From Eledone cirrhosa (lineage: Eukaryota): a DNA stretch of 64,000 nucleotides. The notes below the pieces were generated by a model that worked only from the letters and a program-made list of their open reading frames with translations, was not told the DNA's origin and did no database searches. How positions within the stretch are numbered: the first letter of the stretch is position 1; every line of letters begins with the position of its first letter. Location: NCBI GenBank assembly GCA_964016885.1, contig OZ024743.1, positions 130,076,001 to 130,140,000 of the forward strand. The letters run 5' to 3'. Shown piece by piece: positions 1 through 13,000 of this stretch. The translations under genes were made by a program, and so were the position numbers.

Positions 1-3000
1 GTTTGGTGCTTGGTGCTTGGTGCTTGGTCTTAGGTGTGTGGTGCTTGGTGCTTGGTGTTTTATGCTTGGTGCTTGGTGTTTGGTGCTTGGTGCTTGGTGT
101 TTGGTGCTTGGTGCCTGGTGCTTGGTGTTTGGTGCTTGGTGCTTGGTGTTTGGTGTTTGGTGCTTGGTGCTTGGTGTTAGGTGTTTGGTGCTTGGTGCTT
201 GGTGTTTGGTGTTTGGTCTTTGGTGCTTGGTGTTTGGTGCTTTGTGCTTGGTGTTTGTTGTTTGGTGCTTTCTGCTTGCTGCTTGGAGTTTGGTGCTTGG
301 TGCTTGGTGTTTGGTGCTTGTTGCTTGGTGTTTGGTGTTTGGTGTTTGATGCTTGGTGTTTGATGCTTGGTGCTTGGTGCTTGGTGTTTGGTGCTTGGTG
401 CTTGGTGTTTGTACTTGGTGCTTGGTGCTTGGTGTTTGGTGCTTGGTACTTGGTTTTGGTGCTTGGTGTGTGGTGTTTGCTGTTTGCTGTTTGGTGTTTG
501 GTGTTTGCTGTTTGGTGTCTGCTTTTTGGTGTTTGGTGTTTGCTGTATGGTTTTTGCTGTTTCGTGTTTGGTGTTTGCTGTTTGGTGTTTGGTGTTTGCT
601 GTTTAGTGTTTGGTCTCTGGTGCTTGGTGTTTGGTGCTTGGTGCTTGGTGTTTGGTGTTTGGTCCTTGGTGCCTGGTGCTTGTTGTTTGGTGATTGGTGC
701 TTGGTGTTTGCTGTTTGCTGTTTGGTGTTTGGTGTTTGCTGTTTGGTGTTTGGTGCTTGGTGCTTGGTGCTTGGTGTTTGGAGCTTGGTGCTTGGTGTTT
801 GATGCTTGGTGCTTGGTGTTTGATGTTTGGTGCTTGGTGCCTGGTGCTTGTTGTTTGGTGCTTGGTGCTTGGTGTTTGGTGTTTGGTGTTTGGTGTTTGG
901 TGTTTGGTGCTTGGTGCTTGGTGTTTGGTGTTTGGTGCTTGGTGCTTGGTGCTTGGTGTTTGGTGTTTGGTGCTGGGTGCTTGGTGCTTGGTGTTTGATG
1001 TTTGGTGCTTGGTGCCTGGTGCTTGGTGTTTGGTGGTTGGTGCTTGGTGTTTGGTGCTTGGTGATTGGTGCTTGGTGTTTGGTGCTGGGTGCTTGGTGTT
1101 TCGTGCTTGGTGTTTGGTGCTTGGTGTTTGGTGTTTGATGCTTGGTGTTCGATGCTTGGTGCTTGGTACTTGGTGTTTGGTGCTTGGTGCTTGGTCTTTG
1201 GTTCTTGGTGCTTGGTGCTTGGTGCTTGGTGCTTGGTGTTTAGTGCTTTGTGCTTGGTGCATTGTGCTTAGTGTTTGGTGCTTGGTGCTTGGGGTTTGGT
1301 GTTTGGTGCTTGGTGCTTGGTGTTTGGTGCTTGGAACTTGGTGTTTCGTGCTTGGTGTTTGCTGTTTGCTGTTTGCTGTTTAGTGTTTGGTGTTTGCTCT
1401 ATGGTGTTTGCTGTTTCATGTTTAGTGTTTGCTGTTTGGTGTTTGGTGTTTGCTGTTTGGTGTTTGGTCTTTGGTGCTTGGTGTTTGGTGCTTGGTGCTT
1501 GGTGTTTGGTGTTTGGTGCTTGGTGCTTGGTGTTAGGTGTTTGGTGCTTGGTGCTTGGTGTTTGGTGTTTGGTGCTTGGTGTTTGTTGTTTGGTGCTTTC
1601 TGCTTGCTGCTTGGTGTTTGGTGCTTGGTGATTGGTGCTTGGTGTTTGGTGCTTTGTGCTTGGTGTTTGGTGTTTTGTGCTAGGTGCTTGGTGCTTCGTG
1701 TTCGGTGCTTCGTGTTTGGTGCTGGGTTGTTGGTGTTTGGTGCTTGGTGCTTGGTGTTTGGTGCTTGGTGCTTGGTGCTTGGTGCTTGGTCTTTGGTGCT
1801 TGGTGTTTGGTGTTTGGTGCTCTGTGCTTGGTGCTTGGTGTTTGGTGCTTGGTGCTTGGTGCTTGGTGATTAGTGTTTGGTGCTTGGTGCTTGGGGTTTG
1901 GTGTTTGGTGCTTGGTGCTTGGTGTTTGGTGATTGGTGTTTGGTGTTTGGTGCTTGGTGCTTGGTGTTTGGTGCTTGGTGCTTGGTGCTTGTTGTTTGGT
2001 GATTGGTGCTTGGTGCTTGGTGTTTGGCGTTTGGTGTTTGCTGTTTCGTGTTTGGTGTTTGCTGTTTGGTATTTGGTGCTTGGTATTTGGTGCTTGGTGT
2101 TTGGTGTTTGGTGCTTGGTGCTTGGTGCTTGGTGCTTGGGGTTTGGTGTTTGGTGCTTGGTGCGTGGTGTTTGGTGCTTGGTGCTTGGTGTTTGGTGCTG
2201 CGTGCTTCGTGTTTGGTGCTTCGTGCTGGGTGCTTGGTGCTTGGTGTTTGGTGTTTGGATCTTGGTGCTTGGTGCTTGTTGTTTGGTGATTGGTGCTTGG
2301 TGCTTGGTGTTTGGTGTTTGGTGTTTGGTGTTTGGTGCTTGGTGTTTGTACTTGGTGCTTGGTGCTTGGTGCTTGGTGTTTGGTGCTTGGTGCTTGGTGC
2401 TTGGTGTTTGGAGCTTGGTGTTTGGTGCTTGGTTCTTGGTGTTTGGTGCTTGGTGTTTGGTGCTTGGTGCTTGGTGTTTGGTGTTTGGTGCTTGGTGCTT
2501 GGTGCTTGGTGCTTGGTGTTAGGTGTTAGGTGTTTGGTGCTTGGTGCTTGGTGTTTTCTGCTTGGTGCTTGGTGTTTGGTGCTTGGTGCTTGGTGTTTGG
2601 TGCTTGGTGCCTGGTGCTTGGTGTTTGGTGCTTGGTGCTTGGTGTTTGGTGTTTGGTGCTTGGTGCTTGGTGTTAGGTGTTTGGTGCTTGGTGCATGGTG
2701 TTTGGTGTTTGGTCCTTGGTGCTTGGTGTTTGGCGCTTGGTGCTTGGTGTTTGTTGTTTGGTGCTTTCTGCTTGCTGCTTCGTGTTTGGTGCTTTATGCT
2801 TGGTGTTTGGTCCTTGGTGTTTGGTGTTTGGTGTTTGATGCTTGGTGTTTGATGCTTGGTGCTTGGTGCTTGGTGTTTGGTGCTTGGTGCTTGGTGTTTG
2901 TACTTGGTGCTTGGTGCTTGGTGCTTGGTGTTTGGTACTTGGTTCTTGGTGTTTGGTGTTTGGTGCTTGGTGTTTGGTGCTTGGTGCTTGGTGTTTGGTG

Positions 3001-6000
3001 TTTGGTGCTTGGTGTTTGGTGCTTGGTGCTTGGTGTTTGGTGCTTGGTGCTTGGTGTTTGGTGTTTGGTGTTTGGTGCTTGGTGCTTGGTGTTTGGTGCT
3101 TGGTGCTTGATACTGGGTGGTTGGTGTTTGGTACTTGGTGTTTGGTGCTTGGTGCTTGGTGCCTGGTGTTTGGTGCTTGGTACTTGGTGCTTGGTCTTTG
3201 GTGCTTGGTGTTTGGTGCTTGGTGCTTGGTGCTTGGTGTTTGGTGCTTGGTGCTTGGTGATTAGTGTTTGGTGTTTGGTGCTTGGTGCTTGGTGTTTGGT
3301 GTTTGGTGCTTGGTGTTTGGTGCTTGGTACTTGGTGTTTGGTGCTTGGTGTTTGGTGTTTGCTGTTTGCTGTTTGGTGTTTGGTGTTTGGTGTTTGATGT
3401 TTGCTGTTTGGTGTCTGCTTTTTGGTGTTTTGTGTTTGCTGTATGGTGTTTGGTGTTTGCTGTTTGGTGATTGGTGTTTGGTGCTTGCTGCTTGGTGCTT
3501 GGTGTTTGGTGCTTGGTGCTTGTTACTTGGTACTTGGTGTTTGTTGTTTGGTACTTGGTGCTTGGTGTTTGGTACTTGATGGTTGGTGCTTGGACTTTGG
3601 TGCTTGGTGCTTGGTGCTTGGTGCTTGGTGCTTGGTGTTTGGTGCTTGGTCCTTGGTGCTTGGTGTTTGGTGCTTGGTGTTTGGTCCTTGCTGCTTGGTG
3701 ATTGGTGCTTCGTGCTTGGTGCTTGGTGTTTGGTGTTTGGTGCTTGGTGATTGGTGTTTGGTGCTTGGTGCTTGGTGCTTGTTGTTTGGTGCTTGGTGCT
3801 TGGTGCTTGGTGTTTGTTGCTTTGTGCTTGGTGCTTGGTGTTTGGTGTTTGGTGTTTGGTGCTTGGTGTTTGGTGTTTGGTGTCTGGTGCTTGGTGCTTG
3901 GTGTTTGGTGCTTGGTGCTTGCTGTTTGGTGCTTCGTGCTTGGTGCTTGGTGTTTGGTGTTTGGTGCTTCGTGCTTGGTGTCTGGTGTTTGGTGCTTGGT
4001 GCTTGGTGCTTGCTGTTTTGTGTTTGGAGTTTGGTGTTTGGTGCTTGGTGTTTGGTGTTTGGTGTTTGCTGTTTGGTGTTTGGTTTTTGCTGTTTGGTGT
4101 TTGCTATTTTGTGTTTGGTGTATGCAGTTTGGTGTTTGCTGTTTGGTGTTTGCTGTGTGGTGTTTGGTGTTTGGTGCTTGGTGATTGGTGTTTGGTACTT
4201 GGTGCTTGGGGCTTGGTGCTTTGTGTTTGGTGCTTGGTGCTTGCTGTTTGGTGCTTGGTGCTTGGTGCTTGGTGTTTTGTGTTTGGTGTTTGGTGTTTGG
4301 TGCTTGGTGTTTGGTGTTTGGTGTTTGCTGTTTGGTGTTTGGTGTTTGCTGTTTGGGGTTTGCTATTTGGTGTTTGGTGTTTGCAGATTGGTGTTTGCTG
4401 TTTGGTGTTTGCTGTGTGGTGTTTGGTGTTTAGTGCTTGGTGCTTGGTGTTTGGTGTTTGGTGCTTGGTGCTTGGTGTTTGGTGCTTGGTGCTTGGTGCC
4501 TGGTGCTTGGTGCTTGGTGTTTGGTGCTTGGTGCTTGGTGTTTGGTGCTTGGTGCTTGGTGTTTGGTGTTTAGTGCTTGGTGCTTGGTGTTTGGTGTTTG
4601 GTGCTTGGTGGTTGGTGTTTGCTGTTTGGTGCTTGATGCTTGGTGTTTGGTGCTTGGTGCTTGGTGATTGGTGCTTGGTGCTTGGTGCTTGGTGCTTGGT
4701 GCTTGGTGTTTGGTCCTTGGTGCTTGGTGTTTGGTGTTTGGTGCTTGGTGCTTGGTGTTTGGTGCTTGGTGCTTGGTGTTTGGTGTTTGGTGTTTGGTGT
4801 TTGGCACTTGGTGCTTGGTGTTTGGTGCTTGGTGCTTGGTGTTTGGTGTTTGGTGCTTGGTGATTGGTTCTTGGTGCTTGGTGCTTGGTGTTTGGTGTTT
4901 GGTGCTTGGTGCTTGGTGCTTGCTGCTTGGTGCTTGGTGCTTTGTACTTGGTGCTTGGTGCTTTGTACTTGGTGCTTGGTGTTTGGTGTTTGGTGCTGGG
5001 TGCTTGGTGTTTGGTGCTTGGTGCTTGGTGCTTGGTGCTTGGTGCTTGGTGCTTGGTGCTTGGTGTTTTGTGTTTGGTGCTTGGTGCTTGGTGTTTGGTG
5101 TTTAGTGCTTGGTGCTTGGTGTTTGGTGTTTGATGCTTGGTGCTTGGTGTTTGGTGTTTGGTGCTTGGTGCTTGGTGTTTGCTGTTTGGTGCTTGATGCT
5201 TGGTGTTTGGTGTTTGGTGCTTGGTGTTTGGTGCTTGGTGCTTGGTGTTTGGTGTTTGCTGCTTGGTGTTTGGTGCTTGGATCTTGGTGCTTGGTGTTTG
5301 GTGCTTGGTGCTTGGTGTTTGCTGTTTGGTGCTTGATGCTTGGTGTTTGGTGTTTGGTGCTTGGTGTTTGGTGCTTGGTGCTTGGTGTTTGCTGTTTGCT
5401 GTTTGCTGTTTGGTGTTTGCTATTTGGTGTTTGGTGTTTGCTGTTTGGTGTTTGCTGTTTGGGGTTTGCTGTGTGGTGTTTGGTGTTTGGTGTTCGGTGA
5501 TTGGTGCTTGGTTTTTTCTCTTTGGTGCTTGGTGCTTGGTGTTTGGTGCTTGGTGCTTGGTGTTTGGTGGTTGGTGCTTGGTGCTTGGTGATTGGTGCTT
5601 GGTGTTTGGTGCCTGGTGTTTGGTGTTTGGTTATTGGTGCTTGGTGTTTGATGTGTGGTGCTTGGTGCTTGGTGTTTGGTATTTGGTGCTTGGTGCTTGG
5701 TGCTTGGTGTTTGGTGCTGTGTGCTTGGTGCTTGTTGTTTGGTGCTTGGTGCTAGGTGTTTGGTGTTTGGTGCTTGGTGTTTGGTGTTTCGTGTTTGGTG
5801 CTTGGTACTTGGTGTTTTATGTTTGGTGTTTGGTGCTTGGTGCTTGGTGCTTGGTGTTTCGTGCTTGGTGCTTGGTGCTTGGTGCTTGGTGTTTGATGTT
5901 TAGTGCTTGGTGCTTGGTATTTGGTGTGTGGTGCTTGGTGCTTGTTGTTTGGTGTTTGGTGCTTGGTGCTTGGTGTTTGGTGATTGGTGCTTGGTGTTTG

Positions 6001-7018
6001 TTGTTTGGTCTTTGGCGCTTGTTGCTTGGTTTTTGGTGCTTGGTGCTTGGTCCTTGGTGTTTGGTGCTTGGTGTTTGGTGCTTGGTGTTTGGTGCTTGCT
6101 GCTTGGTGCTTGCTGTTTGGTGTTTAGTGCTTGGAGCTTGGTGCTTGCTGCTTGGTGCTTGGTGATTTGTGCTTGGTGCTTGGTGTTTGGTGTTTGGTGC
6201 TTGGTGAATGGTGTTTGGTGCTTGGTGCTTGTTGTTTGGTGCTTGGTGCTTGGTGCTTGGTGTTTGGTGCTTGGTGCTTGGTGTTTGGTGCTTGGTGCTT
6301 GGTGTTTGGTGGATGGTGCTTGGTGCTTGGTGCTTGGTGCTTGGTGTTTGGTGCTTGGTGCTTGGTGCTTGGTGTTTGGTGTTTGGTGCTTGGTGCTTGT
6401 TGTTAGGTGTTTGGTGCTTGGTGTTTGGTGTTTGGTGCTTGGTGCTTTGTGTTTGGTATTTGGTGCTTGGTGCTTGGTGCTTGGTGTTTGGTGTTTGGTG
6501 CTTGGTGCTTGGCGTTTGGTGTTTCTCGTTTGATGTTTGGCTTTTTCTGTTTGCTGTTTGGTGTTTGCTGCTTGCTATTTGGTGTTTTCTGTTTGCTGTT
6601 TGGTGTTTGCTGTTTGGTGATTGGTGTTTGGTGCTTGCTGCTTGGTGCTTGGTGTTTGGTGCTTGGTGCTTGTTACTTGGTACTTGGTGTTTGGTGTTTG
6701 GTACTTGGTGCTTGGTGTTTGGTGTTTGGTGCTTGGTGCTTGGTGTTTGGTATTTGGTGCTTGGTGCTTGGTGTTTGGTGATTGGTGCTTGGTGCTTGGT
6801 GTTTGGTGCTTGGTGCTAGGTGTTTGGTGTTTGGCGCTTGGTGCTTGGTGTTTGGTGCTTGGTGCTTGGTGTTTGGTGTTTGGTGCTTGATCTTTGGTAC
6901 TTGATGGTTGGTGCTTGGTCTTTCGTGCTTGGTGCTTGGTGCTTGGTGCTTGGTGTTTGGTGCTTGGTGCTTGGTGTTTGGTGCTTGGTCCTTGGTGCTT
7001 GGTGTTTGGTGCTTGGTG
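1..7018 (+). repeat. Segment with a collinear copy at 31048-38065 (offset 31047); its first ~3.4 kb also recurs at 26350-29740 (offset 26349)
   Basis: Same-length spurious ORFs recur at constant offset (603/31650, 2003/33050, 3401/34448, 4640/35687, 5907/36954, 6820/37867). Match ends at 7019/38066. Confidence 0.92.
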
Positions 7019-10000
7019 CTTGGTGTTTGGTGTTTGGTGTTTGGTGTTTGGTGCTTGGTGCTTGGTGTTTGGTGCTTGGTGCTTGATGCTGGGTGGTTGG
7101 TGTTTGGTGCTTGGTGTTTGGTGCTTGGTGCTTGGTGCTTGGTGCTTGGTGTTTGGTGTTTGGTGCTTGGTGTTTGGTGCTTGGTACTTGGTGTTTGGTG
7201 CTTGGTGTTTGGTGTTTGCTGTTTGCTGTTTGGTGTTTGGTGTTTGGTGTTTGATGTTTGCTGTTTGGTGTCTGCTTTTTGGTGTTTTGTGTTTGCTGTA
7301 TGGTGTTTGCTGTTTCGTGTTTGGTGTTTGCTGTTTGGTGTTTGGTCTCTGGTGCTGGGTGTTTGGTGCTTGGTGCTTGGTGTTTGGTGTTTGGTGCTTG
7401 GTGCTTGGTGCTTGGTGTTTGGTGTTTGGTCCTTGGTGCCTGGTGCTTGTTGTTTGGTGATTGGTGCTTGGTGTTTGCTGTTTGCTGTTTGCTGTTTGCT
7501 GTTTGCTGTTTGGTGTTTGGTGCTTGGTGATTGGTGCTTGGTGTTTGGTGGTTGGTGCTTGGTGTTTGGTGCTTGGTGCTTGGTGTTTGATGTTTGGTGC
7601 TTGGTGCCTGGTGCTTGTTGTTTGGTACTTGGTGCTTGGTGTTTGGTGTTTGGTGTTTGGTGTTTGGTGCTTGGTGTTTGGTGTTTGGTGTTTGGTGCGT
7701 GGTGCTTGGTGTTTGGTATTTGGTGCTTGGTTCTTGGTGCTTGGTGTTTGATGTTTGGTGCTTGGTGTTTGGTGGTTGGTGCTTGGTGTTTGGTGCTTGG
7801 TGATTGGTGCTTGGTGTTTGGTGCTGGGTGCTTGGTGTTTGGTGCTTGGTGCATGGTGTTTGGTGCTTGGTGTTTGGTGTTTGGTGTTTGATGCTTGGTG
7901 TTCGATGCTTGGTGCTTGGTGCTTGGTGTTTGGTGCTTGGTGCTTGGTCTTTGGTTCTTGGTGCTTGGTGCTTGGTCCTTGGTGTTTGGTGTTTAGTGCT
8001 TGGTGCTTGGTGCTTGGTGTTTAGTGCTTGGTGCTTGGTGCATTGTGATTAGTGTTTGGTGCTTGGTGCTTGGGGTTTGGTGTTTGGTGCTTGGTGTTTG
8101 GTGTTTGGTGCTTGGAACTTGGTGTTTGGTGCTTGGTGTTTGCTGTTTGCTGTTTGGTGTCTGCTTTTTGGTGTTTGGTTTTTGCTCAATGGTGTTGGCT
8201 GTTTCATGTTTGGTGTTTGCTGTTTGGTGTTTGGTGTTTGCTGTTTGGTGTTTGGTCTTTGGTGCTTGGTGTTTGGTGCTTGGTGCTTGGTGTTAGGTGT
8301 TTGGTGCTTGGTGTTTGGTGTTTGGTCCATGGTGCTTGGTGTTTGGTGCTTGGTGCTTGGTGTTTGTTGTTTGGTGCTTTCTGCTTGCTGCTTCGTGTTT
8401 GGTGCTTGGTGATTGGTGCTTGGTGTTTGGTGTTTGGTGCTAGGTGCTTGGTATTTGGTGTTTGGTGCTTCGTGTTTGGTGTTTGGTGCTTGGTGCTTGG
8501 GGCTCTGTGTTTGGTGCTTCGTAATTGGTGCTTGGTATTTGGTGCTTGGTGCTTGGTGCTTGGTGTTTGGTGCTTGTTGCTTGGTGTTTGGTGTTTGGTG
8601 TTTGATGCTTGGTGTTTGATGCTAGGTGCTTGGTGCTTGGTGTTTGGTGCTTGGTGCTTGGTGTTTGTACTTGGTGCTTGGTGCTTGGTGTTTGGTGCTT
8701 GGTGTTTGGTGCTGGGTGCTTGGTGTTTGGTGTTTGGTGCTTGGTGTTTGGTGCTTGGTGCTTGGTGCTTGGTGTTAGGTGTTTGGTGCTTGGTGCTTGG
8801 TGTTTTGTGCTTGGTGCTTGGTGTTTGGTGCTTGGTGCTTGGTGCTTGGTGTTTGGTGTTTAGTGCTTGGTGTTTGGTGCTTGGTGCTTGGTGCTTGGTC
8901 TTAGGTGTGTGGTGCTTGGTGCTTGGTGTTTTATGCTTGGTGCTTGGTGTTTGGTGCTTGGTGCTTGGTGTTTGGTGCTTGGTGCCTGGTGCTTGGTGTT
9001 TGGTGCTTGGTGCTTGGTGTTTGGTGTTTGGTGCTTGGTGATTGGTTCTTGGTGCTTGGTGCTTGGTGTTTGGTGTTTGGTGCTTGGTGCTTGGTGCTTG
9101 CTGCTTGGTGCTTGGTGCTTTGTACTTGGTGCTTGGTGCTTTGTACTTGGTGCTTGGTGTTTGGTGTTTGGTGCTGGGTGCTTGGTGTTTGGTGCTTGGT
9201 GCTTGGTGCTTGGTGCTTGGTGCTTGGTGCTTGGTGCTTGGTGTTTTGTGTTTGGTGCTTGGTGCTTGGTGTTTGGTGTTTAGTGCTTGGTGCTTGGTGT
9301 TTGGTGTTTGATGCTTGGTGCTTGGTGTTTGGTGTTTGGTGCTTGGTGCTTGGTGTTTGCTGTTTGGTGCTTGATGCTTGGTGTTTGGTGTTTGGTGCTT
9401 GGTGTTTGGTGCTTGGTGCTTGGTGTTTGGTGTTTGCTGCTTGGTGTTTGGTGCTTGGATCTTGGTGCTTGGTGTTTGGTGCTTGGTGCTTGGTGTTTGC
9501 TGTTTGGTGCTTGATGCTTGGTGTTTGGTGTTTGGTGCTTGGTGTTTGGTGCTTGGTGCTTGGTGTTTGCTGTTTGCTGTTTGCTGTTTGGTGTTTGCTA
9601 TTTGGTGTTTGGTGTTTGCTGTTTGGTGTTTGCTGTTTGGGGTTTGCTGTGTGGTGTTTGGTGTTTGGTGTTCGGTGATTGGTGCTTGGTTTTTTCTCTT
9701 TGGTGCTTGGTGCTTGGTGTTTGGTGCTTGGTGCTTGGTGTTTGGTGGTTGGTGCTTGGTGCTTGGTGATTGGTGCTTGGTGTTTGGTGCCTGGTGTTTG
9801 GTGTTTGGTTATTGGTGCTTGGTGTTTGATGTGTGGTGCTTGGTGCTTGGTGTTTGGTATTTGGTGCTTGGTGCTTGGTGCTTGGTGTTTGGTGCTGTGT
9901 GCTTGGTGCTTGTTGTTTGGTGCTTGGTGCTAGGTGTTTGGTGTTTGGTGCTTGGTGTTTGGTGTTTCGTGTTTGGTGCTTGGTACTTGGTGTTTTATGT

Positions 10001-13000
10001 TTGGTGTTTGGTGCTTGGTGCTTGGTGCTTGGTGTTTCGTGCTTGGTGCTTGGTGCTTGGTGCTTGGTGTTTGATGTTTAGTGCTTGGTGCTTGGTATTT
10101 GGTGTGTGGTGCTTGGTGCTTGTTGTTTGGTGTTTGGTGCTTGGTGCTTGGTGTTTGGTGATTGGTGCTTGGTGCTTGTTGTTTGGTCTTTGGCGCTTGT
10201 TGCTTGGTTTTTGGTGCTTGGTGCTTGGTCCTTGGTGTTTGGTGCTTGGTGTTTGGTGCTTGGTGTTTGGTGCTTGCTGCTTGGTGCTTGCTGTTTGGTG
10301 TTTAGTGCTTGGAGCTTGGTGCTTGCTGCTTGGTGCTTGGTGATTTGTGCTTGGTGCTTGGTGTTTGGTGTTTGGTGCTTGGTGAATGGTGTTTGGTGCT
10401 TGGTGCTTGTTGTTTGGTGCTTGGTGCTTGGTGCTTGGTGTTTGGTGCTTGGTGCTTGGTGTTTGGTGCTTGGTGCTTGGTGTTTGGTGGATGGTGCTTG
10501 GTGCTTGGTGCTTGGTGCTTGGTGTTTGGTGCTTGGTGCTTGGTGCTTGGTGTTTGGTGTTTGGTGCTTGGTGCTTGTTGTTAGGTGTTTGGTGCTTGGT
10601 GTTTGGTGTTTGGTGCTTGGTGCTTTGTGTTTGGTATTTGGTGCTTGGTGCTTGGTGCTTGGTGTTTGGTGTTTGGTGCTTGGTGCTTGGCGTTTGGTGT
10701 TTCTCGTTTGATGTTTGGCTTTTTCTGTTTGCTGTTTGGTGTTTGCTGCTTGCTATTTGGTGTTTTCTGTTTGCTGTTTGGTGTTTGCTGTTTGGTGATT
10801 GGTGTTTGGTGCTTGCTGCTTGGTGCTTGGTGTTTGGTGCTTGGTGCTTGTTACTTGGTACTTGGTGTTTGGTGTTTGGTACTTGGTGCTTGGTGTTTGG
10901 TGTTTGGTGCTTGGTGCTTGGTGTTTGGTATTTGGTGCTTGGTGCTTGGTGTTTGGTGATTGGTGCTTGGTGCTTGGTGTTTGGTGCTTGGTGCTAGGTG
11001 TTTGGTGTTTGGCGCTTGGTGCTTGGTGTTTGGTGCTTGGTGCTTGGTGTTTGGTGTTTGGTGCTTGATCTTTGGTACTTGATGGTTGGTGCTTGGTCTT
11101 TCGTGCTTGGTGCTTGGTGCTTGGTGCTTGGTGTTTGGTGCTTGGTGCTTGGTGTTTGGTGCTTGGTCCTTGGTGCTTGGTGTTTGGTGCTTGGTGCTTG
11201 GTGTTTGGTGTTTGGTGTTTGGTGTTTGGTGCTTGGTGCTTGGTGTTTGGTGCTTGGTGCTTGATGCTGGGTGGTTGGTGTTTGGTGCTTGGTGTTTGGT
11301 GCTTGGTGCTTGGTGCTTGGTGCTTGGTGTTTGGTGTTTGGTGCTTGGTGTTTGGTGCTTGGTACTTGGTGTTTGGTGCTTGGTGTTTGGTGTTTGCTGT
11401 TTGCTGTTTGGTGTTTGGTGTTTGGTGTTTGATGTTTGCTGTTTGGTGTCTGCTTTTTGGTGTTTTGTGTTTGCTGTATGGTGTTTGCTGTTTCGTGTTT
11501 GGTGTTTGCTGTTTGGTGTTTGGTCTCTGGTGCTGGGTGTTTGGTGCTTGGTGCTTGGTGTTTGGTGTTTGGTGCTTGGTGCTTGGTGCTTGGTGTTTGG
11601 TGTTTGGTCCTTGGTGCCTGGTGCTTGTTGTTTGGTGATTGGTGCTTGGTGTTTGCTGTTTGCTGTTTGCTGTTTGCTGTTTGCTGTTTGGTGTTTGGTG
11701 CTTGGTGATTGGTGCTTGGTGTTTGGTGGTTGGTGCTTGGTGTTTGGTGCTTGGTGCTTGGTGTTTGATGTTTGGTGCTTGGTGCCTGGTGCTTGTTGTT
11801 TGGTACTTGGTGCTTGGTGTTTGGTGTTTGGTGTTTGGTGTTTGGTGCTTGGTGTTTGGTGTTTGGTGTTTGGTGCGTGGTGCTTGGTGTTTGGTATTTG
11901 GTGCTTGGTTCTTGGTGCTTGGTGTTTGATGTTTGGTGCTTGGTGTTTGGTGGTTGGTGCTTGGTGTTTGGTGCTTGGTGATTGGTGCTTGGTGTTTGGT
12001 GCTGGGTGCTTGGTGTTTGGTGCTTGGTGCATGGTGTTTGGTGCTTGGTGTTTGGTGTTTGGTGTTTGATGCTTGGTGTTCGATGCTTGGTGCTTGGTGC
12101 TTGGTGTTTGGTGCTTGGTGCTTGGTCTTTGGTTCTTGGTGCTTGGTGCTTGGTCCTTGGTGTTTGGTGTTTAGTGCTTGGTGCTTGGTGCTTGGTGTTT
12201 AGTGCTTGGTGCTTGGTGCATTGTGATTAGTGTTTGGTGCTTGGTGCTTGGGGTTTGGTGTTTGGTGCTTGGTGTTTGGTGTTTGGTGCTTGGAACTTGG
12301 TGTTTGGTGCTTGGTGTTTGCTGTTTGCTGTTTGGTGTCTGCTTTTTGGTGTTTGGTTTTTGCTCAATGGTGTTGGCTGTTTCATGTTTGGTGTTTGCTG
12401 TTTGGTGTTTGGTGTTTGCTGTTTGGTGTTTGGTCTTTGGTGCTTGGTGTTTGGTGCTTGGTGCTTGGTGTTAGGTGTTTGGTGCTTGGTGTTTGGTGTT
12501 TGGTCCATGGTGCTTGGTGTTTGGTGCTTGGTGCTTGGTGTTTGTTGTTTGGTGCTTTCTGCTTGCTGCTTCGTGTTTGGTGCTTGGTGATTGGTGCTTG
12601 GTGTTTGGTGTTTGGTGCTAGGTGCTTGGTATTTGGTGTTTGGTGCTTCGTGTTTGGTGTTTGGTGCTTGGTGCTTGGGGCTCTGTGTTTGGTGCTTCGT
12701 AATTGGTGCTTGGTATTTGGTGCTTGGTGCTTGGTGCTTGGTGTTTGGTGCTTGTTGCTTGGTGTTTGGTGTTTGGTGTTTGATGCTTGGTGTTTGATGC
12801 TAGGTGCTTGGTGCTTGGTGTTTGGTGCTTGGTGCTTGGTGTTTGTACTTGGTGCTTGGTGCTTGGTGTTTGGTGCTTGGTGTTTGGTGCTGGGTGCTTG
12901 GTGTTTGGTGTTTGGTGCTTGGTGTTTGGTGCTTGGTGCTTGGTGCTTGGTGTTAGGTGTTTGGTGCTTGGTGCTTGGTGTTTTGTGCTTGGTGCTTGGT

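Noticed and set aside
2511-2535. TTAGG motifs as arthropod-type telomere repeats
   Set aside because: They are isolated T-to-A variants of the heptamer (GGTGTTA) that remain in 7-bp phase, not (TTAGG)n tracts.
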